Shown: positions 1-10,554 of the stretch, in pieces
Layout: each line of letters begins with the position of its first letter
How positions within the stretch are numbered: position 1 is the stretch's first letter
Origin: Desulfobacterales bacterium
Lineage (GTDB): Bacteria > Desulfobacterota > Desulfobacteria > Desulfobacterales > JADGBH01
DNA length: 64,000 bases
Assembly: GCA_015231595.1 (NCBI GenBank)
Contig: JADGBH010000001.1
Location: forward strand, 1,108-65,107
Direction: 5' to 3'
Translations under genes and position numbers: made by a program
The notes under the pieces: generated by a model
The model's input: only the letters and a program-made list of their open reading frames with translations
The model's database searches: none
Told to the model about the DNA's origin: nothing

Positions 1-59
1 AATGAATAAGCATATTTTCCATTCAACTTTTAACCATACTCGTAAAATAATATCCAAAA

Positions 60-1583
60 ATGAATGCAAAAAGTTATTTATTAATTTTTATTGTCTTTAT
101 CTTTTGTCAATCATTTCAAATTGCTAATTCTAATACTATTACTGAAATAGTTAATCGTGGAATCGAAGAATACAAACAAGAAAATTATGAAGAAGCTATT
201 GAGCTTTTAAAAAAAGCAAATGAACAAAATCTTAAATCTTCTTTATCTGCTTTTTTTTTAGGCATGGCTTATAAACAAACATCTAATTATCCAAAGGCAC
301 TTGTCCATTTAAGGGAGGCTGTTACTATTGAACCTCCTATTAAAGAAGCATTGATAGAATTAATTGATACTTTAATTAATCTATCTGATATGAACTATTT
401 AGATGAAGCTCAAAAATGGATTAATAATGCTGAAAAAGAAAAAATTTTTCCGGGGCAAACAGCTTTTTTAAAAGGCTTATTCTATCATAAAAAAAATGAG
501 TTTGAATTAGCTATAGAATCATTTAACAATGCAAAATTAAAAGATACATCCCTTATTCAATCATCGGATTTTCAAATCGCTTTATGTCTTCTTAAGCTTC
601 AAGAGCTTAACAAAGCTAAAAACGTTTTTAAAATTGCATCCATGTATAATCCTAAAACTGAAATAGCTGAATTTGCCCGTAACTATGAAGACGCGATAGA
701 TAAAAAATTATTTTTTGAGCGTCCTTTAAAATTCACAGCAGGTATATTTGGTCAATACGATACAAATATGCTTTTAAAACCAAATGACGATACAGCAGCG
801 AGCGGAGTTACTGACGAAAAAAGTTTAGCAATACTATTAAATTTTAGAGCTAATTGGATCCCAAAAATTGAAGGCCCCTTTATTTTTAGCCTTGAATACA
901 ATGGCTCTTTTAATCCCCATCAAAAAAATTCTACAACCCATGATTTAATATCTAATAGTATTTCTATCCAGCCCGGATATTTAACAGATAAAATGAGTTT
1001 TAATTTTTTTGCAAAATACAATCATTATTTACTTAGGGATAAGGAATATAAAGGTTATTTAGGTCAAGTATCTGCCGGACCTTTGATGCGTTTCTTTTTT
1101 ATTCAATCCCATTTGATTGAGTTATTTGCTGGATATGATTCAAAAGAATATTTTCAGGATTTTTTGAGCGAAGAAGAAGATAGAAATTCAAATGCTTGGA
1201 ATACATATATTAATTGGATATGGCAGTTTAATTCATCTTTATTTATTAATCCAAAATATGAATACATTCTTGAAAAAACTGACGGAGCAAATTGGGATAA
1301 CACAGGTCATAAGTTTACAATTAATTCAGTATTTTATATTTTAAATAATATTCAACTTCAATTAAGCATAGATGAATTTATACAAAATTATAAAAATGTT
1401 CATACCGTATTTAATGAAAAAAGATGGGATCATATTAATACTGCAAGTATAGGTATTTTATGGGATGCTTCTAAAAATTTAAATCTAATCTTTCAATACA
1501 GCCGTATAAGATGCAATTCAAATATAGGATTATACGATTACAACCGTAGCCTATATTCATTAGGTGTTGAATTAAAATTTTAA
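60..1583 (+). CDS. Outer-membrane protein: N-terminal TPR region + C-terminal beta-barrel (Slam/DUF560-like architecture)
   Basis: 507-aa ORF. Signal-like N-terminus (YLLIFIVFIFCQSFQIANS). TPR-like helices (EEYKQENYEEAIELLKKA, YPKALVHLREAV). Second half is alternating beta-strand-type sequence (FGQYDTNML...) ending YSLGVELKF, with the terminal Phe typical of OM barrels. Confidence 0.6.
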   Translation: MNAKSYLLIFIVFIFCQSFQIANSNTITEIVNRGIEEYKQENYEEAIELLKKANEQNLKSSLSAFFLGMAYKQTSNYPKALVHLREAVTIEPPIKEALIELIDTLINLSDMNYLDEAQKWINNAEKEKIFPGQTAFLKGLFYHKKNEFELAIESFNNAKLKDTSLIQSSDFQIALCLLKLQELNKAKNVFKIASMYNPKTEIAEFARNYEDAIDKKLFFERPLKFTAGIFGQYDTNMLLKPNDDTAASGVTDEKSLAILLNFRANWIPKIEGPFIFSLEYNGSFNPHQKNSTTHDLISNSISIQPGYLTDKMSFNFFAKYNHYLLRDKEYKGYLGQVSAGPLMRFFFIQSHLIELFAGYDSKEYFQDFLSEEEDRNSNAWNTYINWIWQFNSSLFINPKYEYILEKTDGANWDNTGHKFTINSVFYILNNIQLQLSIDEFIQNYKNVHTVFNEKRWDHINTASIGILWDASKNLNLIFQYSRIRCNSNIGLYDYNRSLYSLGVELKF

Positions 1584-1602
1584 TTCAAAAAAGAGGAAAC
1601 AA

Positions 1603-3432
1603 ATGCGCTTAAATCTACTTTTAATATTCAGCATTATTTGCGTTTTCACCGTTAATGGAAACTGTGAAATAATAGGAAACTTAACCAAAGTAGAAGGGAC
1701 AGTTGATATAACTCGAAAGGATAAGTCAATTATATTTCCTAAAAAAGGAGATGCTGTATTTGCCGGTGATATTATTCGCACAAAGAGCAATGCAATAGCT
1801 GAACTTTTATTCATTGATAAAAGTGTAATAAAAATTGCTCCTAGCTCTCGAATTGAAGTTAGTAACTATTTTATGAACAAAAAAGAAACAAACGGAATTA
1901 TTAATTTATTTAGAGGTAAAATTCAAAGTATTATAACAAAAAAAGCATGGTCATTTTTTTCCAGAAGCAGGGGGAAAAGGTTTGAAATACATACGCCAAC
2001 TGCTGTTTGCGGTGTTAGAGGCACCAACTTTGTTACCTATTTTCAAAAAGGTATAAGTGGTTCGATATTTATCGAGGGTGAAGGTTATGGTTATAATAAA
2101 AACCAACCCGATAAAATAAGTTTAATAAAAGCAGGACAAAGTATGCTTGTTTTATCCCAAACTTCTATTCCTCTTATCAGGCCAGTAACTTCATTTGAAA
2201 TTGAACAACATTTAAAAGATATTAACACTTCAAAAGCCGGCAGCGAAGAATTAACTAAAAAAAATGGTAAAAACGATGCTACAAGGCCAAAAATACAAGG
2301 ACATAGCGGAAATATAGAATCTGAAAATGGCGGATTGTTTTCTAAACCCGGATCAATGGCTTTAACTTCTTTGCTTACAAACAAATCCGATTATGGAGAA
2401 TCTATCAAAGAATATTCTTATTCCATAGATATTGCTGGATTTAATCGAGAACAAAATTTTTTTTATGATTTAAGACTTGATAATAAACAAAATGCTGGAG
2501 TCTTTGTTTACGATAAAAATTTATTTATACCTTTAACATTTAATACCGGCATTTTTCAAAATGATATTAGCAAATATGTTGATGATATATGGAACCTTTA
2601 TGTTGGCAATACATCTGGATATTTTTTTGATGGAACTTCGTATGGAGGAAACATTTATATAAGTCCTATCGTTAGAGAAGATTTACATTTGCAAAAAACC
2701 AATTGGACTATAAGTAAAATATTAAGCACAGGATTTTACGTTGAATTTAATAATTTTATATATGACAAATGGTTTATTGGCATTGATTATGAAGAAAATT
2801 TTTTAAGAAATTTTATTAGATATGATGGTTCTAAGTGGTCAGAAGGAAAAATAGAGGCTAAAGGTGTCTCAGCATGGGTTAATTGGCATGAATGTTATAC
2901 AGGGGTTGGTTTTGGCGATGTATCTGGAGTATATTCTCCTGAAGACAAAAAATGGCTGGCTTCTGAACGTTGGGTAATGATGGAAACCAATAAATTCATT
3001 CAAATGGCTGCTAATGAAAAAAACAAATTAAAAGAATTAGGCATTCCTTTTGCCGAAATTGGCAAAACTAATCTATATGGAAACGGAAATAATATTAATG
3101 TTAGTTTAAAGGATATAACTTTTTTTGCATTTAAAACAGGTGATAACCCATTAATATGGGCTACAAATAATGTGTCTGGAACTTTTACAGATTCGCCCTT
3201 AACAGGTGTTCCGATATCACTTTCAGGTGAAGGTATTAGCGCTAATTTTGAAATAAAAACATGGCAAAATAACCAATGGGCGGCTTTTATAACTAATGGT
3301 ACTGGAAATATAGCTCGAATAGATAATGGAAATAGCATTGGTGTAAATTTTGAAGGAGGATCCGCCGGAACATATCAAATAAATAACGGTGTTTTTGAAG
3401 GGACGGCTTCAGGGGTGATATCTTTAAAATAA
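1603..3432 (+). CDS. Secreted FecR-domain protein
   Basis: 609-aa ORF 20 nt after the previous stop, with an AGAGGAAAC RBS. Signal peptide (LLLIFSIICVFTVNG). FecR-type pattern GDIIRTKSNAIAELLFIDKSVIKIAPSSRIEV ... FEIHTPTAVCGVRGTNF. Confidence 0.7.
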   Translation: MRLNLLLIFSIICVFTVNGNCEIIGNLTKVEGTVDITRKDKSIIFPKKGDAVFAGDIIRTKSNAIAELLFIDKSVIKIAPSSRIEVSNYFMNKKETNGIINLFRGKIQSIITKKAWSFFSRSRGKRFEIHTPTAVCGVRGTNFVTYFQKGISGSIFIEGEGYGYNKNQPDKISLIKAGQSMLVLSQTSIPLIRPVTSFEIEQHLKDINTSKAGSEELTKKNGKNDATRPKIQGHSGNIESENGGLFSKPGSMALTSLLTNKSDYGESIKEYSYSIDIAGFNREQNFFYDLRLDNKQNAGVFVYDKNLFIPLTFNTGIFQNDISKYVDDIWNLYVGNTSGYFFDGTSYGGNIYISPIVREDLHLQKTNWTISKILSTGFYVEFNNFIYDKWFIGIDYEENFLRNFIRYDGSKWSEGKIEAKGVSAWVNWHECYTGVGFGDVSGVYSPEDKKWLASERWVMMETNKFIQMAANEKNKLKELGIPFAEIGKTNLYGNGNNINVSLKDITFFAFKTGDNPLIWATNNVSGTFTDSPLTGVPISLSGEGISANFEIKTWQNNQWAAFITNGTGNIARIDNGNSIGVNFEGGSAGTYQINNGVFEGTASGVISLK

Positions 3433-3490
3433 ATATATTTGTTCTAATTAAAATATAGTTTTAGAACTAAAAATAAAGAGGAGGGGAAAA

Positions 3491-3793
3491 ATGAATTTTA
3501 GCTTTAAAGCCTTTATTTTAAGCCTTATTGCAATTTTTTTATTGTTTGAACCAAGTTTTGCAAATGAAGATTCAATAAAGATACCAAAGTTTAAAAAATC
3601 TTACGCATCTAAACGAAGCTGTTTTGGCTCTCCGATTGTTAATTCAAAAAGTTCATACATTAATATAACCTCTACCCATCAAAAAAAAATCAATCCAGTA
3701 ATTATAAAAACAAAAAAACAGCTTCGTAATAAAAACAAAGGATTTAAGCAGTATAAAAAACATATCCTTTTAAAACACGGTCGTAATAAGTAA
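3491..3793 (+). CDS. Small secreted, very basic protein (hypothetical)
   Basis: 100-aa ORF with a strong RBS (AGAGGAGGGG) just upstream. Signal peptide ending PSFA-NE. Remainder is Lys/Arg-rich. Confidence 0.5.
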   Translation: MNFSFKAFILSLIAIFLLFEPSFANEDSIKIPKFKKSYASKRSCFGSPIVNSKSSYINITSTHQKKINPVIIKTKKQLRNKNKGFKQYKKHILLKHGRNK

Positions 3794-3813
3794 TCTTTCG
3801 AGGTTTATATTCT

Positions 3814-6800
3814 ATGAAAAAAAATTTAAAGATATATTTGATTTGTATAATTGTTTTATTCCAAGCGAATATAATTTTTGCTGCAGATTCTCTTTTGGTT
3901 GGAGTCACAAATCTTGAAAAAATAATAGATGTTTCTAAAATTAACTATGAAAATTTTAAGGATTATTTTATAAATAACAGCCCTACCTTGCCTTCTGTAA
4001 CTATATCTTCAGATGTATCTGCTCAAATTGGAGTTATCTGGATTCATCAAGGTGATGATATGGGATTAATAAGAGTTGTTATTGATTCTAATAATGATGG
4101 AAATTTTTCCCAAATTGATTGGGATGATCCGATTCATCCTTGGAATCCTCCTGACAACGATGATTCAATTTACTGGAACTATACTTATCCAGATAGCTAT
4201 CCTGATGTTAAATTAAAAAATACAACAATTACAATGCACTGGGATGATGAATGCGAATGTGTTCAAGGTTTTCCATTCGAAAGTTTTATTTGGGACTGGT
4301 ATTTAGGATCTTACGATATAAATAATGAATTATGGATAGAGCCCTATAAATTAGCCAGTATAACTTGGGATGGAAGAGACTCAAAAGGCGATTTTATTCC
4401 GAATGGACAATACAAGGTTCTTATTTGGTTAGATACCGATGAAAATTATAAATTTTCACCGGACGAAATTAATCAGCAAATAATTGTTAAAATAGAAACA
4501 GCGTCTATTACTGGAACAATAGTTGATGAAAGTGGAAACTCTATGTCACATATATTTGTAGAAGCCTCTTCAAGTGTCGCATGGGGTAAAACTATGACAG
4601 ATAAAGAAGGCAAATTCATAATATCAGGATTGATGCAAGGCGGTCCTTATCAAATTAAAGCATCAAGTGAAGGAAGTATGGGTGCTTTTATAGACAATGT
4701 TAACATAGAGCCTAATAATCTTGTTAAAGATGTCGGTATAATTAAATTATCAAGTATGGCGGTTATTTCTGGTATAATTAAGCTGGATTTAAACGCAAAT
4801 GGAATATTAGATGAATCGGATGATGAATTTAAGTCATTCACAGATAAATGGGGTTGGATAGAAGAAGAACTTGATGTAGAAATTGAAGCTTTTAATATAG
4901 ATGGGCCAGGTTTTAGCCACGCACTTTTAAAATTTAAAGTTGGCGAATCTTCCGTAGAATTTATGCTGCAGATTCCAGAAAAAAATAATGCTGTGTATTC
5001 AGTTTCAGCTGAGGTTGATGGGTTTGCTTCTAAGGAAAATAAGGTTAACATAATAAATGGTAATGGAGTTTGTGAGCCTATAATTTTAACAAAAGCGTCT
5101 AAATTATTCGGGAAAGTAAAATTACCAGGTCTGATAACCGAGTATAAAGAAATTGCAGTTATGGCTGTAAACACTGAAAATCAGGCTGAAAAATATTCTG
5201 GATGGGGACAGATTATACCCTATGAAAAAATAAAATATTGTTCAAATATCAATTATTCTGATCAAACGTCTTGTGAAATTTCTGGAGAAGAATGGATAAC
5301 AAAATATGATCAAAATACTATTAAACCTTCTGATTCAGGCAAGTTTGACTTTAACGGGGTTCCTCCAGGAATTTATAACTTAGAAATCAGAATTGACGGC
5401 TACAAAGTTAAGCATATTAATGGAATTAAGATTGAAAAAGGTAAATATACAGACTTAGGAGAGATTTTCATTGATCAAGGTTCAAAAATTTATGGCAAGA
5501 TTGTGGTTAGAGGAAATACTATCAATGATCAAATGCTTGATGAAGAAGATGCTAAATTAAGAATACCAATATGGATTGAAGCATGGTGCCCAGCAATGGA
5601 TATATCGAGCGGAACAACTGTTTTTATTAACAAAGGACTAAATCAAATCGGTTCTTACATCATAGGAGGTTTAGAAAAAGGAGTATATGAAATTAGTACT
5701 CAGTTTAAAGAAGGGTATGAATTAACAGATGAAAACGGGGAATCTCCTGTTATTGTTAATGTTGAAGATTCAGTAGTTAAAAATATCGTTTTAAAACCAT
5801 CGTCTGGTATAATAAAAGGAACTATAACTGGAAAGGATATTAATATTGATTTATCAAAAGTAATTGTAGAACTTAAAATGTCGGATAATTTTGAATTCAC
5901 TAAATTTGCTTCGGTAGCAAATAAAGGTATTGATCCAACTACAGGTGACTTTACCATTGATGGACTTCCGACAGGAGATTATATTTTTAAAGCTGGAATG
6001 TATATAAATTCTTTAAATTACGATGGAAAAATGAATTTATTTTCAGACCCAAATGTTGGAATTCAATGTAAGAGAGTTTTTGTTAAAAATTCTAATACTC
6101 CAACTATTATGGATATTAGTCTGGAGAAAGGATATTCAATATCTGGAAAGATATATTTGAGTTCAACAGATCCTCCGTGGCATGATTTTGGAGATGGGCG
6201 TGGAGGCTCAGCAAACGGGATTAAGGACATATCCAATGATAAGTTTGATGAACGAATTTCTATTGCAAATGACATAGCCGGGTCGTTTGTGGCTGCATTA
6301 CCTTTAGATCTAATGCTAATGGAAGAATCAAATGAGACAAAAGATTCCATAATAGGTTACATAAAAGACAATGGAGATGGCACAGCGTCTTATAAGATTG
6401 ATGGTTTAAATTTGGGAGCTTATCTTATAATTCCTCCTTTTGGATCCGAGCGCATAAAAAAAATAATAGATGATGAAAGTTTAGAAACAGAAGGATCTGA
6501 AGATGAGCCTGTTTTTTTTGATGGAGGTGAAGAAGTTCACCATTGGACAACTTCTGCAGAGTTGATAGTTGTTCCTCCAAATGTTTCATTAAATAAAGAT
6601 TTTACTTTCGCAAATGGTTATAAAGTTTCCGGCCGTATTACTTTACCTGAAATTCAAATGTTAAATAAGAATTTTCTCCAGGATAAATGGGCATGGATAG
6701 GTCATTTAGAAATAGAATCAGCTATGCAGCAATTTTTAGGGCATGGCAGACCTTTATTTAAAAATGATTTTAATAATTCTACTTTTTATGATTACAGTTT

Positions 6801-9111
6801 TGACCATGTTGCTAATGGAAAGTATATAATTCATTTCTTTACGGATCAATACATAAGTGAAAGTGCTCAAATAAATGTCGATAATGCTGATGTAATATCA
6901 AATATAAGTGTAAGTAAAGGTGTCAATATTGTCGGGAATTTAATCGATGCTGAAACAAGTAATCCTGTTACTTCAAAGGAAGGAATAAAAGTTTTATGTA
7001 TGTCCGATCCTTTTGTAGAAGGAAGTTACAGAGAAACCATAAATGAGCCATGGTCGAGTTCTTATATTGAAGATAATTCAGGTATAAAAGAGGAAATGTT
7101 TGCTCCAGAAAATTTTGGCCAAAAAGATAAAAGAAATATATCACCAGGCAAATTTCATTTAAGTTCAGTTATTCCAGGATATTATTATATAATTGCAATT
7201 GAGAGTAGTGGAGATCCTAATTTACAAAAAAATAAAAATTATATTAATCATCAAGTTGTTGCGAATATAAAAATTCCTGAAAATGCATCAGGAGATGTAA
7301 ATATAGGAACTATTTATGTAAAAAAGGGCGCCGTAATAAAAGGTAGATTAGTAGATGAAAATAATGAACCAATTCCAGGAGTTAATGTAGTAGCATTTCC
7401 ATCTGATTCAAATGAAGGTGAAAACGAATTACGCTCAGAATCGGATGATCAAGGGTATTATACAATTTTAGGAGTCAACCCAAAAATAAGTTATTACGAC
7501 ATAATTGCCGCAAAAAGTGCTTGGATGTTTGATGATTGGAAAAAAGAAAGACAATGGGGCGAAAAAAGACGTCACAGCGTTAAAATTTCAAATATTGATT
7601 CTCAAACAGGTCTTACAGTTGGAGCTTCTTTTGTCCTTAAGCCTGCTACTGCAAGTTTATCTGGTTTAATTACACTTCCTGATTCTTCTCAATTTATGCT
7701 TCCCTTTGTGTCAGACTTTGGAGAAGGCCTTCCAGCGAGCTATATTCTTCTTCAACAAAAAGGCGTTCTATATAAAGATATGCTTGATGGAATAGAAGGT
7801 ATTACTGCACCTCAGCCTCAAAACACCAGGATAGCTCCCTATAAAATTGATAGTATTGAACCAGGCTTGTATCGTGTAATTTTTATGAATTATGGCCTTC
7901 CGAGAGCTGTTATTGATAATGTTTCATTCAAAGCAAATGAGGATAAAATAATTAATGTTTCATGGGATAATAATTTTTATAAAATATACGGAAAATGCAC
8001 CTTATCATCAGGAAAATATCCGACTTTTGGGGATATAGACGGAGTTGTATGTATTAATACTGTTGATCATACCATTATTTTTGGACGTCTGCGGCGTGAA
8101 GCAGATGGAACATACACTTCCTATGAAGTAGCCGGTCTTGCTGGCAGTGACACTTATCAGCTTGTATTTTTTAAAGATTCAATATACGATGAAGCTCCAG
8201 ATATAATTAATGCCGGAGAACCTTTTAATCTGGCATATTCAGATAAAAATTATGATGCAGTTATTGATAAAAAAAAGGATCCGATATTAATTCTAAGGAC
8301 AGTTCAAGATGATAACAATAAAATCTTATTCGATATTTTTAGTAGCTCTTATTTTTCTAATGAGCAAATTGAGATCGTATCATCTGAACCAACAGAAAAT
8401 ACAAAGCGAGGTTCTATTTATCTGAAATATGGAAGTGGAAATTTAAAGGATGTTGAAATTTCAGAAAATCAGCTAAAAATGAGTGGCGTTTATAAAAAAT
8501 CGTCAAATGATAAAATTATTAAAATGGTCGTAGCACTTCATTACGGAACAGAGTTATCTACAAAATTGCAGGAATTTATTTTTGATTCTGAACAAAAAAT
8601 AATCAACACAAAAATAATTAACCGTTATATATCAGGACAAATAAATCTTGGTTATGGTGACAGCAGCGGCATATATATCCCTTCAGATTCTATGGATATA
8701 AAAAATGATAAATATTTAAATGTCAAAGTTATTTTACAAAAAAGTGGCAATAAATCCTTAGACTCTTTTCCTGATAAAATTATTCCAGTTAGTGAAAAAT
8801 ACGAATTTTTAGCGGAATCTATAGATACTGGAGAAAGCTTATCGTGTAAAATACCTGTAATAGTTCAGCTTAAATATGATTCTAAGGATGTTTCTAACTC
8901 GGATTTTCTAAATATTTATCGAAAAGAAAATAATACATGGCATAAGGAATCGGCAAGCCTCACTATTGATACTGAAAATAATACCATTGCTGCAGAGGTT
9001 GACACTTTAGGAGTTTTTGTTGTAGGCTATGGGCAAGAAGAGGAGGTAAAAAAAAATGTTATAGGTGGAGGAGGTTCAAGTGATTGTTTTATTTCAACCG
9101 TAATGAAATAG
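3814..9111 (+). CDS. Giant (1765 aa) secreted surface/adhesin-like protein with multiple carboxypeptidase-regulatory-like beta-sandwich repeats
   Basis: Signal peptide (IYLICIIVLFQANIIFA). Recurrent segments such as ITGTIVDESGNSMSHIFVEA..DKEGKFIISGL and IKGRLVDENNEPIPGVNVVAF..DDQGYYTILGV. Gly-rich, Cys-containing C-terminal tail GGGGSSDCFISTVMK. Confidence 0.75.
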   Translation: MKKNLKIYLICIIVLFQANIIFAADSLLVGVTNLEKIIDVSKINYENFKDYFINNSPTLPSVTISSDVSAQIGVIWIHQGDDMGLIRVVIDSNNDGNFSQIDWDDPIHPWNPPDNDDSIYWNYTYPDSYPDVKLKNTTITMHWDDECECVQGFPFESFIWDWYLGSYDINNELWIEPYKLASITWDGRDSKGDFIPNGQYKVLIWLDTDENYKFSPDEINQQIIVKIETASITGTIVDESGNSMSHIFVEASSSVAWGKTMTDKEGKFIISGLMQGGPYQIKASSEGSMGAFIDNVNIEPNNLVKDVGIIKLSSMAVISGIIKLDLNANGILDESDDEFKSFTDKWGWIEEELDVEIEAFNIDGPGFSHALLKFKVGESSVEFMLQIPEKNNAVYSVSAEVDGFASKENKVNIINGNGVCEPIILTKASKLFGKVKLPGLITEYKEIAVMAVNTENQAEKYSGWGQIIPYEKIKYCSNINYSDQTSCEISGEEWITKYDQNTIKPSDSGKFDFNGVPPGIYNLEIRIDGYKVKHINGIKIEKGKYTDLGEIFIDQGSKIYGKIVVRGNTINDQMLDEEDAKLRIPIWIEAWCPAMDISSGTTVFINKGLNQIGSYIIGGLEKGVYEISTQFKEGYELTDENGESPVIVNVEDSVVKNIVLKPSSGIIKGTITGKDINIDLSKVIVELKMSDNFEFTKFASVANKGIDPTTGDFTIDGLPTGDYIFKAGMYINSLNYDGKMNLFSDPNVGIQCKRVFVKNSNTPTIMDISLEKGYSISGKIYLSSTDPPWHDFGDGRGGSANGIKDISNDKFDERISIANDIAGSFVAALPLDLMLMEESNETKDSIIGYIKDNGDGTASYKIDGLNLGAYLIIPPFGSERIKKIIDDESLETEGSEDEPVFFDGGEEVHHWTTSAELIVVPPNVSLNKDFTFANGYKVSGRITLPEIQMLNKNFLQDKWAWIGHLEIESAMQQFLGHGRPLFKNDFNNSTFYDYSFDHVANGKYIIHFFTDQYISESAQINVDNADVISNISVSKGVNIVGNLIDAETSNPVTSKEGIKVLCMSDPFVEGSYRETINEPWSSSYIEDNSGIKEEMFAPENFGQKDKRNISPGKFHLSSVIPGYYYIIAIESSGDPNLQKNKNYINHQVVANIKIPENASGDVNIGTIYVKKGAVIKGRLVDENNEPIPGVNVVAFPSDSNEGENELRSESDDQGYYTILGVNPKISYYDIIAAKSAWMFDDWKKERQWGEKRRHSVKISNIDSQTGLTVGASFVLKPATASLSGLITLPDSSQFMLPFVSDFGEGLPASYILLQQKGVLYKDMLDGIEGITAPQPQNTRIAPYKIDSIEPGLYRVIFMNYGLPRAVIDNVSFKANEDKIINVSWDNNFYKIYGKCTLSSGKYPTFGDIDGVVCINTVDHTIIFGRLRREADGTYTSYEVAGLAGSDTYQLVFFKDSIYDEAPDIINAGEPFNLAYSDKNYDAVIDKKKDPILILRTVQDDNNKILFDIFSSSYFSNEQIEIVSSEPTENTKRGSIYLKYGSGNLKDVEISENQLKMSGVYKKSSNDKIIKMVVALHYGTELSTKLQEFIFDSEQKIINTKIINRYISGQINLGYGDSSGIYIPSDSMDIKNDKYLNVKVILQKSGNKSLDSFPDKIIPVSEKYEFLAESIDTGESLSCKIPVIVQLKYDSKDVSNSDFLNIYRKENNTWHKESASLTIDTENNTIAAEVDTLGVFVVGYGQEEEVKKNVIGGGGSSDCFISTVMK

Positions 9112-9154
9112 GCTAAAAGATTAACACTAATTCAAAAATTAAAGGTGGTTAATT

Positions 9155-9355
9155 ATGGGGAAAAAGTTAAAGGAGTATCGCCTTAATAGGGACTGGTGTA
9201 AAGGTTGCGGAATATGCGTATATTTTTGCCCCAAAAAAGTTCTTATAATGGACGAAAGCGGTAAAGCAAAGGCGGAAAATATTGAAAATTGCATTGTATG
9301 CAGGCTTTGTGAAATTAGATGTCCTGACCTTGCAATAGAAATATTTGAAGAATAA
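9155..9355 (+). CDS. 2-oxoacid:ferredoxin oxidoreductase delta subunit (2x[4Fe-4S] ferredoxin-like, OorD/KorD type)
   Basis: 66 aa with two CxxCxxCxxxCP motifs (CKGCGICVYFCP, CIVCRLCEIRCP). First gene of a delta-alpha-beta-gamma set. Confidence 0.8.
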   Translation: MGKKLKEYRLNRDWCKGCGICVYFCPKKVLIMDESGKAKAENIENCIVCRLCEIRCPDLAIEIFEE

Positions 9356-9405
9356 CCGTCTGAAATTTTTCACTTTCAATATCAAAAAATTATAAGGTAT
9401 TTATC

Positions 9406-10551
9406 ATGAGCGAATTAAAATTTTTACAAGGCAATGAAGTTTGTGTAGAAGCAGCGCTTTATGCGAATGTTGATTTTTTTGCGGGCTATCCTATAACGCC
9501 TTCGACCGAGATAGCTGAACACATGGCGTCAAAGCTTCCTCAAAAAGGGGGGCATTTTATACAAATGGAAGATGAAATCGCTTCGATGTGCGCTATTATA
9601 GGAGCGTCTCTTACTGGCCATAAAGTTATGACAGCAACGAGCGGGCCTGGTTTTTCCCTTATGCAAGAAGCTCTTGGTTATGCAGTCATGACCGAAATTC
9701 CATGTGTTATAGTTAATGTTCAAAGAGGAGGCCCTTCTACCGGTCTTCCGACAAGCGTTGGACAAGGTGATGTAGGACAGGCTTTAAGAGGAACCCACGG
9801 AGATCATGCTATTATAGCTCTTACCGCTTCCAATCATCAGGATATTTTTTCAATTACTGTTGAAGCTTTTAATATGGCTGAAACTTATAGAACTCCAGTT
9901 ATTCTCCTTTTTGATGAAGTTATAGGTCATATGAGAGAAAAAGTCCTAATACCTGAAAAAGACGAACTTCCTTTAGTTGAAAGATTAAAAACTTCTGTAA
10001 AGGGAGAGGTTGATTATCACCCTTATCTTCCAAGGGAAGACGGACGTCTTCCAATGTCTGATTTTGGTGGGGTTAATCGTTACAATGTAACAGGGCTTTA
10101 TCATGATATGTGGGGATTTCCATCAAATAACCCTAAAATTGTTCATGACCTCATCCGTCATTTGGTAGATAAAATCAATAGTAACACCTACATTATAGCA
10201 AGATATAAAGAATACTATCTTGATGATGCTCGAGTTATTTTTATATCTTACGGGAGTTCCGCTAGATCAACCCGTCATGTAGTTGAAAGTGCAAGAAAAC
10301 GTGGGGAAAGAATAGGACTTTTGGAACTTCAGACTCTTTGGCCATTTCCATTTGGAATTGTTCGGGAGAAATGTTCAAAAGCTCGATATGTTATTGTTGT
10401 TGAAATGAATATGGGACAGGTACTTTTACCTGTTAAAATGGCTGTAGAAAAGTCAACAAAAGTATTTTTAGCTAATCGTATTGATGGAGTGCTTATAACT
10501 CCGACTGATATACGAAATATGCTAAGAATGATTCAAGGAAGGGGGATGTAG
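9406..10551 (+). CDS. 2-oxoacid:ferredoxin oxidoreductase alpha subunit
   Basis: 381 aa. N-terminus LQGNEVCVEAALYANVDFFAGYPITPSTEI is typical of KorA/OorA/PorA alpha subunits. Confidence 0.85.
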   Translation: MSELKFLQGNEVCVEAALYANVDFFAGYPITPSTEIAEHMASKLPQKGGHFIQMEDEIASMCAIIGASLTGHKVMTATSGPGFSLMQEALGYAVMTEIPCVIVNVQRGGPSTGLPTSVGQGDVGQALRGTHGDHAIIALTASNHQDIFSITVEAFNMAETYRTPVILLFDEVIGHMREKVLIPEKDELPLVERLKTSVKGEVDYHPYLPREDGRLPMSDFGGVNRYNVTGLYHDMWGFPSNNPKIVHDLIRHLVDKINSNTYIIARYKEYYLDDARVIFISYGSSARSTRHVVESARKRGERIGLLELQTLWPFPFGIVREKCSKARYVIVVEMNMGQVLLPVKMAVEKSTKVFLANRIDGVLITPTDIRNMLRMIQGRGM

Positions 10552-10554
10552 CTT

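Noticed and set aside
4650-6350. Antisense ORFs (4650..5174, 5700..5957, 6063..6350) inside the giant gene. Similar antisense ORFs lie inside lon, the GGDEF gene, the kor genes and others.
   Set aside because: They lie opposite long ORFs with clear domain content. They have no RBS and give Ser/Ile/Phe-rich nonsense-like sequences.
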